From an uncultured Gammaproteobacteria bacterium (GTDB lineage Bacteria > Pseudomonadota > Gammaproteobacteria > DRLM01), in the NCBI GenBank assembly GCA_963729605.1, contig CAVSNY010000004.1:192001-256000 (forward strand): DNA of 64,000 nucleotides, given 5' to 3'. Of this stretch, positions 20,982 to 32,153 are shown one piece after another. Positions within the stretch are counted from its first letter, which is position 1. Every line of letters begins with the position of its first letter. The translations under genes and the position numbers were made by a program. Under the pieces are notes generated by a model, which had not been told where the DNA came from, did no database searches, and saw only the letters and a program-made list of their open reading frames with translations.

Positions 20982-21962
20982 ATGTCCGTCAACGACATTC
21001 TGACCCAAGACGAAATCGATGCGCTGCTGCACGGCGTGGACAGCGGCGACGTCGAAACCGAACGGCACGCCGAGGGTGACGACGGCAAGGTAAAGTCGTA
21101 TAACTTTTCCAGCCAGGACCGCATCGTGCGGGGGCGCATGCCCACGCTGGAAATGATCAACGAACGATTCGCGAGATTATTCAGGATCAGTTTGTTCAAC
21201 ATGCTGCGCCGCAGCGCCGAGATATCCATAGGCGGCATTCAGATGCTGAAATTCTCGGAATATATTCACAGCTTGTTCGTGCCGACCAGTTTGAACCTGA
21301 TGAAAGTCAAGCCGCTGCGCGGCACCGGATTAGTAGTGATCGATCCGAAATTGGTGTTTATTCTGGTCGACAATTATTTCGGCGGCGACGGCCGGTTCCA
21401 CACCAAAATCGAGGGCCGGGAATTCACGCCCACTGAAATGCGCGTGATCGAGATGATGCTCAATCTGACCTTCAAGGATTTCAAAGAGGCTTGGGCGCCG
21501 GTCATGCCGGTGGAATTCGAATACATCAATTCGGAAGTGAATCCCCAGTTCGCCAATATCGTCAGCCCCACCGAAGTGGTGGTCGTTACCACCTTTCATA
21601 TCGAACTGGACGGCGGCGGCGGAGATATGCATGTCACCATGCCTTATTCGATGGTGGAGCCTATCCGGGAAATATTGGATGCCGGCGTGCAAAGCGATCG
21701 GGAAGATACCGATAGCCGATGGGCGATATCGCTGCAAGAAGAAATGAAGGAGGCCGAGGTTGAAATAACCAGCATCTTGGCCGAAGTCGATTTATCGCTG
21801 GCCGAGATTCTGAAAATAAAGGCCGGGGATATTATCCCCATCGATTTGCCTGACGCGGTTTCACTGTGCGCGGAAGATATCCCGGTATTCAAAGGTTATT
21901 TCGGCGTGCATGAAGGTGTTAACGCGATAAAAATAATAAAACCGATTAAAAGTTCGTATTGA
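20982..21962 (+). CDS. fliM: Motor switch protein FliM
   Basis: ILTQDEIDALL, RGRMPTLEMINERFAR, GREFTPTE. Confidence 0.97.
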   Translation: MSVNDILTQDEIDALLHGVDSGDVETERHAEGDDGKVKSYNFSSQDRIVRGRMPTLEMINERFARLFRISLFNMLRRSAEISIGGIQMLKFSEYIHSLFVPTSLNLMKVKPLRGTGLVVIDPKLVFILVDNYFGGDGRFHTKIEGREFTPTEMRVIEMMLNLTFKDFKEAWAPVMPVEFEYINSEVNPQFANIVSPTEVVVVTTFHIELDGGGGDMHVTMPYSMVEPIREILDAGVQSDREDTDSRWAISLQEEMKEAEVEITSILAEVDLSLAEILKIKAGDIIPIDLPDAVSLCAEDIPVFKGYFGVHEGVNAIKIIKPIKSSY

Positions 21963-21977
21963 TGAGCGAGATGTGAC

Positions 21978-22421
21978 ATGACCGATGAGACAAACGGAAT
22001 TAGCGACGATATGGGTGATGATTGGGCGGCGGCATTGGCTGAGCAAAAACAGTCAGGCGCGGTTTCGGAAAATAAACCGGTGAAGACCACTATGGCAAGC
22101 AACTATAAAAAAGCATCGTTCGATTCTCTGGAGAAAGACAATGTTTCTCCGCAGAATGAAGACGTCAACATGGAAGTGATACTCGATATCCCGGTGACCT
22201 TGTCCGTCGAAATCGGCCGTTCCCGCATCAATATCAGAAATCTTCTTCAACTCAATCAGGGGTCGGTCGTCGAGCTCGATCGGCTGGCCGGCGAACCCAT
22301 GGATGTGTTGGTCAACGGCACCCTCATCGCCCACGGCGAAGTGGTGGTGGTCAACGAGAAATTCGGCATCCGGCTCACCGATGTGATCAGCGCCTCGGAG
22401 CGGGTAAAGAAATTAAAATGA
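21978..22421 (+). CDS. fliN: Motor switch protein FliN
   Basis: DDWAAALAEQ, ILDIPVTLSVEIGR, GEVVVVNEKFGIRL. Confidence 0.97.
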   Translation: MTDETNGISDDMGDDWAAALAEQKQSGAVSENKPVKTTMASNYKKASFDSLEKDNVSPQNEDVNMEVILDIPVTLSVEIGRSRINIRNLLQLNQGSVVELDRLAGEPMDVLVNGTLIAHGEVVVVNEKFGIRLTDVISASERVKKLK

Positions 22422-22458
22422 TCGGCCAAGATCGCGGCGCTCGGCAATTAGAGGTGGG

Positions 22459-22899
22459 ATGATGAGAGTTTTAGGAAAAATATTATTCTTATTGTCGGTC
22501 GCGTTGTTACCGGTGATAAGCCAAGCGGCGGATACACCGGCGCTCAAGGAAACCGTGGCCGGTACGCCGGCCGAATATGTGGTAAAGACCGTCATTTCTC
22601 TGGGGCTGGTGATCGCCGCGATCTTTTTCGTGGCCTGGATGGCGAAAAAAATAAACCGGTTCAGCGGCGTCGAATCGGGCCAGATAAAAATCATCGGTTC
22701 TTTGGCGATAGGCGCCAAGGAAAAAATCTTACTTGTCGAGGTCGGCACCACGCAGATCTTGATAGGCGCGACGCCCAATCAAATAACGCATTTGTTGCAA
22801 CTCGAAGAACACGTCAAGCCGGAGCGTTCTCAGGGCGCCACGCCGAATTTTAACGGGTTTTTAAATGGAATTTTGCACAGGCATAAAGGCAATGCGTAA
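22459..22899 (+). CDS. fliO: Flagellar biosynthesis protein FliO
   Basis: TM helix then [19 protein letters not shown]; between fliN and fliP. Confidence 0.92.
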   Translation: MMRVLGKILFLLSVALLPVISQAADTPALKETVAGTPAEYVVKTVISLGLVIAAIFFVAWMAKKINRFSGVESGQIKIIGSLAIGAKEKILLVEVGTTQILIGATPNQITHLLQLEEHVKPERSQGATPNFNGFLNGILHRHKGNA

Positions 22900-23653
22900 G
22901 ATATTTTTCGTTTCCTTCGTCTTGATCTCGTTGTTCGGCGGCATGGCGCATGCGGCCGGGCCCGGTTTGGAGGCCATCACGGTTACCACCGATAATCAAG
23001 GCGGGCAAACCTATTCGTTAAGCATCCAAGTCCTGTTGCTGATGACGTTCTTGACCCTGCTGCCGGCGGGTCTATTGATGATGACGTCGTTTACCAGAAT
23101 CATCATCGTCCTGGCCTTGCTGCGCCAGGCCTTGGGCACCCAGCAGACGCCGACCAATCAAACCTTGATAGGTCTGGCTTTATTTCTGACATTTTTCGTG
23201 ATGACCCCGGTGTGGGAGGTGGTCAATCAGACCGCCTTGTCGCCCTATTTCGACGAAAAAATATCGTTTCAGGAGGCGCTGGAGAATGCCAAGAAGCCGG
23301 TGTCGCAATTCATGTTTAATCAGACCCGAGACAACGATCTGCAATTGTTCATGGAATTATCCGGCAAGGAATTGCAGGAAAAGGCCGGCGCCAGCGTCGC
23401 CGAGCAAGTGCCTTTTACCGCTTTGGTGCCGGCCTTCGTTACCAGCGAATTGAAAACCGCCTTTCAAATCGGCTTTCTGATCTTCATTCCTTTTCTGATT
23501 ATCGATCTTGTCGTCGCCAGCGTATTGATGGCGATGGGTATGATGATGTTGTCGCCCCTGATCATCTCTCTGCCTTTCAAGATCATGCTTTTTGTTTTGG
23601 TGGATGGCTGGACCTTGGTGATAGGCACGTTGGCCAGCAGCTTTTACACCTAG
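22892..23653 (+). CDS. fliP: Export gate protein FliP
   Basis: [43 protein letters not shown]. Confidence 0.97.
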   Translation: MRKIFFVSFVLISLFGGMAHAAGPGLEAITVTTDNQGGQTYSLSIQVLLLMTFLTLLPAGLLMMTSFTRIIIVLALLRQALGTQQTPTNQTLIGLALFLTFFVMTPVWEVVNQTALSPYFDEKISFQEALENAKKPVSQFMFNQTRDNDLQLFMELSGKELQEKAGASVAEQVPFTALVPAFVTSELKTAFQIGFLIFIPFLIIDLVVASVLMAMGMMMLSPLIISLPFKIMLFVLVDGWTLVIGTLASSFYT

Positions 23654-23663
23654 GAGTTCAGCG

Positions 23664-23933
23664 ATGACGCCCGAATCAATCATCACCCTTGGTAAAGAGG
23701 CGCTTTATGTAACCATCATGCTGACCCTGGTCCTGCTGGTTCCCGCTTTGATAGTCGGTTTTCTGGTGAGCGTCTTTCAAGCCGCTACTCAGATCAACGA
23801 AATGACGTTAAGTTTTATTCCGAAACTGATCATCACCATGTTGGTGATTGTGGTGGCCGGGCCATGGATGCTGCGCGTTCTGGTGACTTACACCCAGAAT
23901 TTGATCGGGGAAATTCCCCAGCTGATAGGTTAG
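23664..23933 (+). CDS. fliQ: Export gate protein FliQ
   Basis: FQAATQINEMTLSFIPK. Confidence 0.97.
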   Translation: MTPESIITLGKEALYVTIMLTLVLLVPALIVGFLVSVFQAATQINEMTLSFIPKLIITMLVIVVAGPWMLRVLVTYTQNLIGEIPQLIG

Positions 23934-23947
23934 CCGGACGTGCATGA

Positions 23948-24712
23948 ATGAATTTTTCAGGATCAGAGCTGGTGGCCATGGTGGGGCAGTATATGTGGGT
24001 GTTCGCCCGAATCGGCGGGATGGTGGCGGTGGCGCCGATCTTCGGCACCCGTACCGTTCCGGCACGAGTGAAGATCATTCTCACGTTGATCATTTCGCTG
24101 GCGGTAGTGCCGATGCTCGGCGAGGGCCCCGGCGTCGATCCCCTGTCCTTCGCCGGCTTATTGGTGCTTATTCAAGAGATATTGATCGGCGCGTTCATCG
24201 GTTTTTCGGTGTCCCTGGTTTTCGACGCCTTGATCACCGGCGGCCAAATCATCGCCCAGCTTATGGGCTTGGGCTTCGCGTCGATGATGGATCCGCAGAA
24301 CGGCGTGTCGGTCCCGGTGGTCGGCCAGTTTTATACGGTGATGGCGACCTTGATCTTTTTGGCGATAAATGGCCATTTATTGTTAATCGAGATGATCGTG
24401 TCGAGCTTCCAGTCGCTGCCGATCGGCGTGGGGCTCTCTCGCGAATCGTTCATGGGCCTGGCTTTGTGGGGCAAGTGGGTGTTCATCGGCGCGATCATGG
24501 TCGCCTTGCCGTCGATCGTCGCCCTGTTGATAGTGAATATCGCCTTTGGCGTGATGACCCGCGCGGCGCCGCAGTTGAATATTTTCGCGGTGGGATTCCC
24601 GATCACCATTCTGTTCGGTTTCCTGGTGATGGTGCTGACGCTGCCCAATTTCGTCGATAAATTTTATCAGCTTCTGGATGAGCTTTTTTCCTTCTTACGG
24701 CAAGTAGCGTAA
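23948..24712 (+). CDS. fliR: Export gate protein FliR
   Basis: MGLGFASMMDP, RAAPQLNIFAVGFP. Confidence 0.96.
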   Translation: MNFSGSELVAMVGQYMWVFARIGGMVAVAPIFGTRTVPARVKIILTLIISLAVVPMLGEGPGVDPLSFAGLLVLIQEILIGAFIGFSVSLVFDALITGGQIIAQLMGLGFASMMDPQNGVSVPVVGQFYTVMATLIFLAINGHLLLIEMIVSSFQSLPIGVGLSRESFMGLALWGKWVFIGAIMVALPSIVALLIVNIAFGVMTRAAPQLNIFAVGFPITILFGFLVMVLTLPNFVDKFYQLLDELFSFLRQVA

Positions 24713-24729
24713 ATCCGTCGAGGTGAAAT

Positions 24730-25869
24730 ATGGCTCAGAGTGAAGGTGGTCAAGAACGGACGGAAGAGGCGACTCCTAAACGCTTGCGGGAAGCGAAGGA
24801 GAAGGGACAAGTCGCCAGATCGCGGGAATTGACGACGCTTATCTTGTTGCTTACCGCCGGTTTCGGTTTGTTGTTTCTGGGCGGCGCCGTGGTCTCCACC
24901 ATAACCGGAATCATGACCGAGAGTTTTCAATTTCTCGGCAGCCCCTGGCAGGACGCGAGTTCCCTGCCCGAGATCCTCCTCAAGGCCATGCTCGATTCGT
25001 TATGGGCGCTGGCGCCGATTCTGATGCTCTTCTTCGTGGTGGCGCTGCTGGCGCCGGGACTGCTGGGCGGCTGGTTGTTCAGCGGCGACGCCATCACCTT
25101 TAAATGGGAGCGTATCGATCCGATCAAAGGTTTGGGAAAAATATTCTCTTGGCGCGGCTTGTTGGAGTTGATCAAGGCGATAGCCAAATTCGCTTTTGTG
25201 GCGATAGTCGCGGGTCTTTGGTTATGGTCGGAAAAATGGGGAATCATCGGTTTAGGAAATCAATCCATCGAATCCGCCCTCCGTTTGTCGGCGGACGTAT
25301 TGATTTGGAGTTTTGTTGTGGCAAGCGTTCCCCTGGTGTTGATCGCCGCGCCTGACGTGTTTTTTCAGAAGTGGGATCACTCGCGTCAACTGAAGATGAC
25401 CCGCCAGGAAGTCAGGGAAGAAAATAAAGATACCGAAGGCAATCCCGAAATCAAGGCCAAGATTAAGAGCATTCAGCGTGAATTGGCCCGCCGCCGCATG
25501 ATGGAGGAGGTGCCGAAGGCCGATGTCATCATCACCAACCCCACTCACTATTCCGTGGCGCTGAGATACGATCAACATAAGATGGGCGCGCCGGTGGTGG
25601 TGGCCAAGGGCGCCGACCTCATCGCGCTGCAGATCAGGAACGTCGCCAAGCTGCATAACGTCCCGATCGTCACCGCCCCGCCGTTGGCGCGCGCGGTTTA
25701 TTTCAGCACCGATCTGAATAAGGAAGTGCCGGCCGGCTTGTATCTGGCCGTTGCGCAGATTCTCGCTTATGTCTATCAGTTGAAAAACGCCGGCGGCAAA
25801 ACTTCCGGTCAAGCAAATAATTTCGACGACTTGCCGATCCCCGACGATATGCGGGTGGACGAGCGATGA
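24730..25869 (+). CDS. flhB: Export switch protein FlhB
   Basis: ERTEEATPKR, EGNPEIK, NPTH autocleavage motif. Confidence 0.97.
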   Translation: MAQSEGGQERTEEATPKRLREAKEKGQVARSRELTTLILLLTAGFGLLFLGGAVVSTITGIMTESFQFLGSPWQDASSLPEILLKAMLDSLWALAPILMLFFVVALLAPGLLGGWLFSGDAITFKWERIDPIKGLGKIFSWRGLLELIKAIAKFAFVAIVAGLWLWSEKWGIIGLGNQSIESALRLSADVLIWSFVVASVPLVLIAAPDVFFQKWDHSRQLKMTRQEVREENKDTEGNPEIKAKIKSIQRELARRRMMEEVPKADVIITNPTHYSVALRYDQHKMGAPVVVAKGADLIALQIRNVAKLHNVPIVTAPPLARAVYFSTDLNKEVPAGLYLAVAQILAYVYQLKNAGGKTSGQANNFDDLPIPDDMRVDER

Positions 25870-25897
25870 AAACATCCGTAGCGATATTCAAAGGCGT

Positions 25898-27985
25898 ATG
25901 TTTATGAGCCAAGCCAATGTGATGATGGGTCTGAAAAATCTATCCGGCGCGGGATTGGGCGCGCCGCTCTTGCTGGTAATGATGCTGGCGATGCTGGTGG
26001 TGCCCTTGCCGCCCTGGCTGCTCGACATCTTTTTTACCTTCAATATCTCCTTGGCCCTGGTGGTGTTGCTCGCGTGTATCTATGCGAAAAAACCCTTGGA
26101 GTTCGCCGCCTTTCCAACGGTATTGCTGGTTGCCACGCTGTTGCGCTTGGCGTTGAATGTCGCGTCGACCCGCGTCGTGCTGCTGGAAGGCCAGAACGGC
26201 ACGGCGGCGGCGGGCCAGGTCATCGAGGCCTTCGGCGAATTCGTGATGGGCGGCAATTACGCCGTCGGTCTGGTGGTCTTCGCGATCCTGGTGATCATCA
26301 ACTTCGTGGTGGTGACCAAGGGCGCGGGGCGTATTTCCGAGGTGTCGGCACGCTTTACCTTGGACGCGATGCCCGGTAAACAAATGGCGATCGACGCCGA
26401 TTTGAATGCGGGCCTGCTCACCCAGGCCGAGGCCAAGGCCCGCCGCGAAGAGGTGGGCCGCGAGGCGGACTTCTATGGTTCGATGGACGGCGCCAGCAAA
26501 TTCGTGCGCGGCGACGCCATCGCCGGCATCTTGATCCTGTTCATTAATCTCATCGCCGGGCTGGCGATCGGCATGTTGCAACACGGCATGGCCTTCGGTG
26601 ACGCCATGCGCGTGTATTCCCTGTTGACGGTGGGTGACGGCTTGGTGGCGCAAATCCCCTCGTTGGTCTTGTCGACCGCCGCGGCGATCATGGTCACCCG
26701 CGTCACCAGCTCCGAGGACATGGGGCAGCAGATTCTAGGTCAGCTGTTCGCCAATCCCAAATCCCTGGCCGTGACCGGCGGGGTTTTGGGCATCATGGGC
26801 GTGATCCCCGGCATGCCCAACCTGGTGTTTCTCAGCCTGGCGGCCGGCGCGGGCGGCGGGGCTTATTATCTCAGCCGCCGTAAAACGCAGGTAGTCGAGC
26901 GGGTTGAGGAACAAGCCGCCCCGCCCCCGGCCGAGCCCAAGGAGCTGAGTTGGGACGACGTGGCGCCGGTCGATACCATCGGCTTGGAAGTGGGTTACCG
27001 CCTTATCCCCCTGGTGGATAAAAATCAGGGCGGCCAGTTGATGACGCGGATCAAAGGCGTCAGGAAGAAATTGACCAATGAATTGGGCTTTCTGATTCCG
27101 GCGGTGCATATTCGCGACAATCTCGATTTGCCGGCCAACTATTACCGTATCTCCTTACTCGGAGTGAACGTCGGCGAAGCGGAGATTCACGTGGAGCGGG
27201 ACCTGGCGATCAATCCCGGCCAGGTGTATGGCCCGCTGCGCGGCATCGTCACCACCGATCCGGCCTTCGGCTTGGAGGCGGTGTGGATCGAACCCGCCTT
27301 GCGCGACGAGGCGCAGACCTTGGGTTATACCGTGGTGGACGCCAGCACGGTGATCGCGACTCACCTCAGCCAATTGCTGCAAGACCATGCCCATGAGTTA
27401 TTGGGACGGGAAGAGGTGCAGCACCTGTTGGACAACCTGGCCAAGACCACGCCCAAATTGGTGGAAGACCTGGTGCCCAACACCATGCCGATGGGCGCGC
27501 TGCTCAAAGTCCTGCGCAATCTGCTCGAAGAACGGGTGCCGCTCAAAGACATCCGGACCATCGCCGAAACATTGGCGGCGTACGGTCGCGAGAGTCAAGA
27601 CCCCGCCGTACTCACCGGTCATGTCCGCAACGCCCTTGGTCGAATGATATTTCAACAAATCAACGGCTTAAAAAATGAGCTGCCGGTAATCACCTTGGAT
27701 CCGGGCCTGGAACACATATTGCAAACTTCCCTGCAGGCCGGTGACGGCAGTGGTGGAGCGGCGTTTGAACCGGGATTGGCGGAGCGTATGCATCAGGCGA
27801 TTCAAAAGGCGGCGCAGAAACAAGAGCTGAACGGCGAGCCGAGCGTACTGCTGGTGGCGGCGCCCCTGCGGCAAGTGCTGGCCCGCTTCCTGCGCAGGAC
27901 CATCGCCAATTTACACGTGTTGTCATACAACGAATTGCCGGATAACAAACAGATCAAGGTCGTCGCCAGCGTCGGGAACAAATAG
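25898..27985 (+). CDS. flhA: Export apparatus protein FlhA
   Basis: RISEVSARFTLDAMPGKQMAIDADL, GSMDGASKFVRGDA. Confidence 0.97.
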   Translation: MFMSQANVMMGLKNLSGAGLGAPLLLVMMLAMLVVPLPPWLLDIFFTFNISLALVVLLACIYAKKPLEFAAFPTVLLVATLLRLALNVASTRVVLLEGQNGTAAAGQVIEAFGEFVMGGNYAVGLVVFAILVIINFVVVTKGAGRISEVSARFTLDAMPGKQMAIDADLNAGLLTQAEAKARREEVGREADFYGSMDGASKFVRGDAIAGILILFINLIAGLAIGMLQHGMAFGDAMRVYSLLTVGDGLVAQIPSLVLSTAAAIMVTRVTSSEDMGQQILGQLFANPKSLAVTGGVLGIMGVIPGMPNLVFLSLAAGAGGGAYYLSRRKTQVVERVEEQAAPPPAEPKELSWDDVAPVDTIGLEVGYRLIPLVDKNQGGQLMTRIKGVRKKLTNELGFLIPAVHIRDNLDLPANYYRISLLGVNVGEAEIHVERDLAINPGQVYGPLRGIVTTDPAFGLEAVWIEPALRDEAQTLGYTVVDASTVIATHLSQLLQDHAHELLGREEVQHLLDNLAKTTPKLVEDLVPNTMPMGALLKVLRNLLEERVPLKDIRTIAETLAAYGRESQDPAVLTGHVRNALGRMIFQQINGLKNELPVITLDPGLEHILQTSLQAGDGSGGAAFEPGLAERMHQAIQKAAQKQELNGEPSVLLVAAPLRQVLARFLRRTIANLHVLSYNELPDNKQIKVVASVGNK

Positions 27986-28041
27986 ACGGATTGAACGGGC
28001 GCAACGCCGGGATATCCCGCAGGCACTATACGGAGCAGTAG

Positions 28042-29292
28042 ATGAAGGTCAAAACATTTTTCGCTCCCGATATCCGGCAAGCCATAAAAATGGTGCGTGA
28101 GGAACAAGGCCCCGATGCGGTCATCATCTCCAATCGCCGGGTCGACGGCGGAGTGGAGATCGTCGCCGCCACCGATTACGACGAAGCGTTGCTCGGACAA
28201 TTTCAAGCCGCCAATTCCGCCAAAGGCGAAGCACCCAAAGCGCCGCCCGCCGCCGACAAACTCAGACAGTATTCGGAAAACAGCCCGGCCAAACCGGCCG
28301 CGGCGCGTCCCGCCTCGGTGGCGAATTCATGGAGCGGCACCCGCGGCGAGCCGACCGAGCAAGTGTTACTGGAGGTCCGCCGGGAACTCAAGACCATGCG
28401 CAGTTTCCTTGAAACCCGCATCGCGGAAATCGCCTGGGGTTCGTTCAAACAACGCTCGCCCATGCAGGCGGAAATTTTAAATAGGTTACTCGAATTCGGT
28501 TTATCCCACGCCCTTTCTCTCTCGATCGCCGAAGGCGTCCGTCCCGACCAGGACGTCGAAGCCGCCTGGTCCGAGTGTTTGCAATCCCTGGCCGATGAAA
28601 TCCCGATCGTCAACGACGACATCTTCGATAAAGGCGGCGTGGTGGCCTTGGTCGGACCGACCGGCGTCGGCAAGACCACCAGTGTCGCCAAGATCGCCGC
28701 CCGTTACGTCTTGCGTCACGGCGCGCGCCGCATCGCCTTGCTGACCACCGACGATTACCGGGTCGGCGCCCACGAACAACTGAGAAATTACGGCAGGCTG
28801 CTCAATATTCCGGTACGCAATGCCTCCACCGCCGACGAATTGCAGACCCAATTGGACGATCTCGCCGATAAAGACCTGGTGCTGATCGACACCGCGGGCA
28901 TCAGCCAGCGCGATATCCGGCTTTCCGAACAACTGGCCCTGTTGAATGACGGCAAATCCCGCATCCAAATTTATCTGACGCTTTCCGCCAATTCGCAAGT
29001 GCGCGGCATGGAAGAAACCATCGCCGCCTTCAAAAAAATCCGCCTGGACGGCTGCATTCTTACCAAGATCGACGAGACCTGTTCGATGGGACAGGCGCTC
29101 AATGCCGTGATCAACGGTAATTTACCGGTGGTTTACGTAAGTGACGGCCAGCGGGTACCGGAGGATCTTCACCTGGCCCGCTCCGAGAAATTAGTCAGCC
29201 AAGGTGTCGCATTGATGAAACAACCAATTAATTTGAGCGAGGAAGAAATGGGGTACGCAAGTGTCGGGAGGACGCTGTTAAATGCTCACTAA
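28042..29292 (+). CDS. flhF: SRP-family GTPase FlhF
   Basis: GPTGVGKTT, DTAG, TKIDE, GQRVPEDL. Confidence 0.96.
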   Translation: MKVKTFFAPDIRQAIKMVREEQGPDAVIISNRRVDGGVEIVAATDYDEALLGQFQAANSAKGEAPKAPPAADKLRQYSENSPAKPAAARPASVANSWSGTRGEPTEQVLLEVRRELKTMRSFLETRIAEIAWGSFKQRSPMQAEILNRLLEFGLSHALSLSIAEGVRPDQDVEAAWSECLQSLADEIPIVNDDIFDKGGVVALVGPTGVGKTTSVAKIAARYVLRHGARRIALLTTDDYRVGAHEQLRNYGRLLNIPVRNASTADELQTQLDDLADKDLVLIDTAGISQRDIRLSEQLALLNDGKSRIQIYLTLSANSQVRGMEETIAAFKKIRLDGCILTKIDETCSMGQALNAVINGNLPVVYVSDGQRVPEDLHLARSEKLVSQGVALMKQPINLSEEEMGYASVGRTLLNAH

Positions 29293-30163
29293 GCCGAAAA
29301 TAGATCAGGCCGAAGGTCTGCGTCGCATGGTGCGTCCGCGGCCGGTCAAGGTCATCGCGGTGACCAGCGGCAAAGGCGGCGTCGGTAAGACCAACTTGTC
29401 GATCAACTTGTCGATCGCCATGGCGCAGGCCGGTAAAGAAGTGTTGGTCCTCGATGCCGACTTCGGCTTGGCCAACGTCGATGTCCTGCTGGGGCTGCAC
29501 GCCTCGCATACGCTTTCCGACGTGCTGGACGGGGTGAGGACACTCGAGGAAATCATCTTGACCGGGCCCAGCGGCGTGAAGATCGTACCGGGTTCGTCCG
29601 GTCTCCAGCGCATGGCGGGTTTGCCTCCCTTGGAGCAGGCCGGGCTGATTCGCGCCTTCAGCGAGCTGAGCCATCGCATCGATGTTTTGTTGATCGATAC
29701 CGCGGCCGGTATTTCCGACAGCGTCATCAATTTCACCAAGGCGGCGCAGGAGATTCTGGTGGTGGTGTGCGATGAACCGGCGTCGATCACCGACGCCTAC
29801 GCGACGATTAAAGTTTTGAACCGCGACCACGGCGTCCATCGCTTCCGGATCGTCGCCAACATGGTCCAAAGCGCACAGGAGGGTAGGGACTTGTACTGCA
29901 AACTGTTAAATGTAACCGATAAATTCTTGGATGTGCAGCTGGATTTTATGGGCGTGGTGCCATTCGACGATTACCTGAAACGATCGGTGCAAAGGCAAAA
30001 GGCCGTAGTGGACGCCTATCCGCGCAGCAAGGCCGCCCTGGCCTTTAAAACTTTGGCGCAGAAGGCCGATAAATGGCCTGTAGCGCAAAATGCGGGCGGC
30101 CACGTGGAGTTCTTCATCGAACGGCTGATTCAATCCAACCCCGAAATGGAGGCGTCACTATGA
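29282..30163 (+). CDS. fleN: MinD-like flagellar number regulator FleN/FlhG
   Basis: DQAEGLR N-terminus, SGKGGVGKT, EPASITDAYA. Confidence 0.95.
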   Translation: MLTKPKIDQAEGLRRMVRPRPVKVIAVTSGKGGVGKTNLSINLSIAMAQAGKEVLVLDADFGLANVDVLLGLHASHTLSDVLDGVRTLEEIILTGPSGVKIVPGSSGLQRMAGLPPLEQAGLIRAFSELSHRIDVLLIDTAAGISDSVINFTKAAQEILVVVCDEPASITDAYATIKVLNRDHGVHRFRIVANMVQSAQEGRDLYCKLLNVTDKFLDVQLDFMGVVPFDDYLKRSVQRQKAVVDAYPRSKAALAFKTLAQKADKWPVAQNAGGHVEFFIERLIQSNPEMEASL

Positions 30164-30918
30164 GCGGTGCCGCAGCGTCTTCCCTGAGCAAGGAACGCCA
30201 AACACGTATGAAGACACGTAAACAGGACGAAATCATCACCAAACATGCGCCGCTGGTAAAGCGGATCGCCTACCACTTGATGAGCCGGCTGCCGCCCAGT
30301 GTCCAGGCCGACGATTTGATCCAGGCCGGCATGATCGGTTTGCTCGAAGCCTCGCGCAATTACGACTCCGGGCAGGGCGCCAGTTTCGAAACCTATGCGG
30401 GGATACGCATTCGCGGCGCCATGCTGGACGAGATCCGGCGCAACGATTGGGCGCCGCGCTCGGTGCATCGCAAGGCCCGCAAGCTCGCCGACGCCGTCCG
30501 GCAAATCGAGCATCGCGAACGGCGCGACGCCCGCGATCACGAAGTCGCCGCGGAATTGGGCTTGAGCCTCGATGATTACCACCAGATTCTGCAAGACGCC
30601 AGCGGTTATCTGGTGATGAGTTTCGACGACCTCGGCGCCGACGAAGATTCGATCGGGCCGGAGCTGGCGGATCGTTCGCCCGGTCCGGTGGACAGGGTGC
30701 AAAACGACGCATTCAAGAAAAGTTTATCCGACGCGATCGCCAGCCTGCCCGACAGGGAACGTTTGGTGATGACGCTTTATTACGACGAAGAGCTGAATCT
30801 GCGGGAGATCGGCGCCGTCATCGGCGTCAGTGAATCGCGGGTAAGCCAGATACACAGTCAGGCCCTGATCCGTCTGCAAGCGCGCTTGGGCCGTTGGTTG
30901 GAGTTGGATGGCGAGTAA
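30160..30918 (+). CDS. fliA: RNA polymerase sigma factor FliA (sigma28)
   Basis: DDLIQAGMIGL, RIRGAMLDEIR, VSESRVSQIH; ATGA overlap with the fleN stop. Confidence 0.96.
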   Translation: MSGAAASSLSKERQTRMKTRKQDEIITKHAPLVKRIAYHLMSRLPPSVQADDLIQAGMIGLLEASRNYDSGQGASFETYAGIRIRGAMLDEIRRNDWAPRSVHRKARKLADAVRQIEHRERRDARDHEVAAELGLSLDDYHQILQDASGYLVMSFDDLGADEDSIGPELADRSPGPVDRVQNDAFKKSLSDAIASLPDRERLVMTLYYDEELNLREIGAVIGVSESRVSQIHSQALIRLQARLGRWLELDGE

Positions 30919-30981
30919 TCGCCATAAATTTTTTTCGTAGAAAAGATCGGGACACGCCCGATCCGCGCCAAGGAGGCTGTC

Positions 30982-31374
30982 TTGGACAAAAATATTAAGA
31001 TACTGGTCGTCGATGATTTTTCGACCATGCGCCGAATCATTAAAAATTTGCTTAGAGACCTCGGCTTCAACAACACCGCCGAGGCGGATGACGGCAACAC
31101 CGCGCTGCCCATGCTTCAGAACGGCGGTTTCGATTTTTTGATTACCGACTGGAATATGCCGGGCATGCAGGGTATCGATCTTTTAAAGGCGGTCAGGGCC
31201 GATCCGAAATTGGCAACCCTGCCCGTGCTGATGGTGACGGCCGAATCCAAACGCGACCAGATAGTCGAAGCCGCCCAAGCCGGCGTCAACGGCTATATCG
31301 TCAAACCCTTCACCGCGGTCACGCTCAAGGAAAAAATAGAGAAGATATTCGAGCGTATCAACGCCTCGGCATGA
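30982..31374 (+). CDS. cheY: Chemotaxis response regulator CheY
   Basis: [24 protein letters not shown]; TTG start after AAGGAGG. Confidence 0.97.
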   Translation: MDKNIKILVVDDFSTMRRIIKNLLRDLGFNNTAEADDGNTALPMLQNGGFDFLITDWNMPGMQGIDLLKAVRADPKLATLPVLMVTAESKRDQIVEAAQAGVNGYIVKPFTAVTLKEKIEKIFERINASA

Positions 31375-31405
31375 CACGCGGCTGTGCTGGATAGGAAGGG
31401 AATAA

Positions 31406-32143
31406 ATGGACGACATAACCAATCGGGTGGCGGCTAAGAAATCTGAGCTTAAATCCCTCCTTGGCATGATGGATGAGGTGGAGGACGCCGAGGCGATGCG
31501 GATGTTGGATGAATTCGTGAAAGGACACGAAGCCAGTCTTTTTCAGGAAATAGGCAAACTCACCCGCCAGCTGCACGATGCCTTGTCGTCCTTTAGCGTG
31601 GACGGAAGGATCGTCGATCTGGCCGAAAACGAGATTCCCAACGCCAAAGAACGTTTGAAGTATGTCATCGCCATCACCGAACAGGCCTCTCAAAAAGTGA
31701 TCAACGCCATCGAAGACAGCGTGCCGATCTCGGTGGATATGCACCATGCCTCGGCCAACCTGCTCGAAAAATGGACGAAGTTTACCCGGCGCGAAATGGA
31801 TGTCGGTGAATTCAGATTGATGAGCCGTGAAATCGAAGGCTTTCTCGGCGCGGCCACCGATGATTCCGACCGTATTCACAGAAGCCTCAATGAAATGCTC
31901 ATGGCGCAGGAATATCAGGATCTGACCGGGCAGGTGCTTAAACAGGTCATCGACCTGGTGGCGGATGTCGAATCCAACCTGGTTAATTTGATCAAAATCA
32001 CCGGCGGAAAATTTACCGCCGGCGCCCAACCGCTCATTAAAGAGGAAACCAGGACCGGGCCGCATGTTCCCGGCGTGAACGACACTGGGCGGGTGAATGG
32101 ACAAGACGATGTGGACGATCTTTTGTCCAGTCTAGGGTTTTGA
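31406..32143 (+). CDS. cheZ: Chemotaxis phosphatase CheZ
   Basis: AQEYQDLTGQV (DxxxQ) and QDDVDDLLSSLGF. Confidence 0.96.
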   Translation: MDDITNRVAAKKSELKSLLGMMDEVEDAEAMRMLDEFVKGHEASLFQEIGKLTRQLHDALSSFSVDGRIVDLAENEIPNAKERLKYVIAITEQASQKVINAIEDSVPISVDMHHASANLLEKWTKFTRREMDVGEFRLMSREIEGFLGAATDDSDRIHRSLNEMLMAQEYQDLTGQVLKQVIDLVADVESNLVNLIKITGGKFTAGAQPLIKEETRTGPHVPGVNDTGRVNGQDDVDDLLSSLGF

Positions 32144-32153
32144 GGCGATAGTC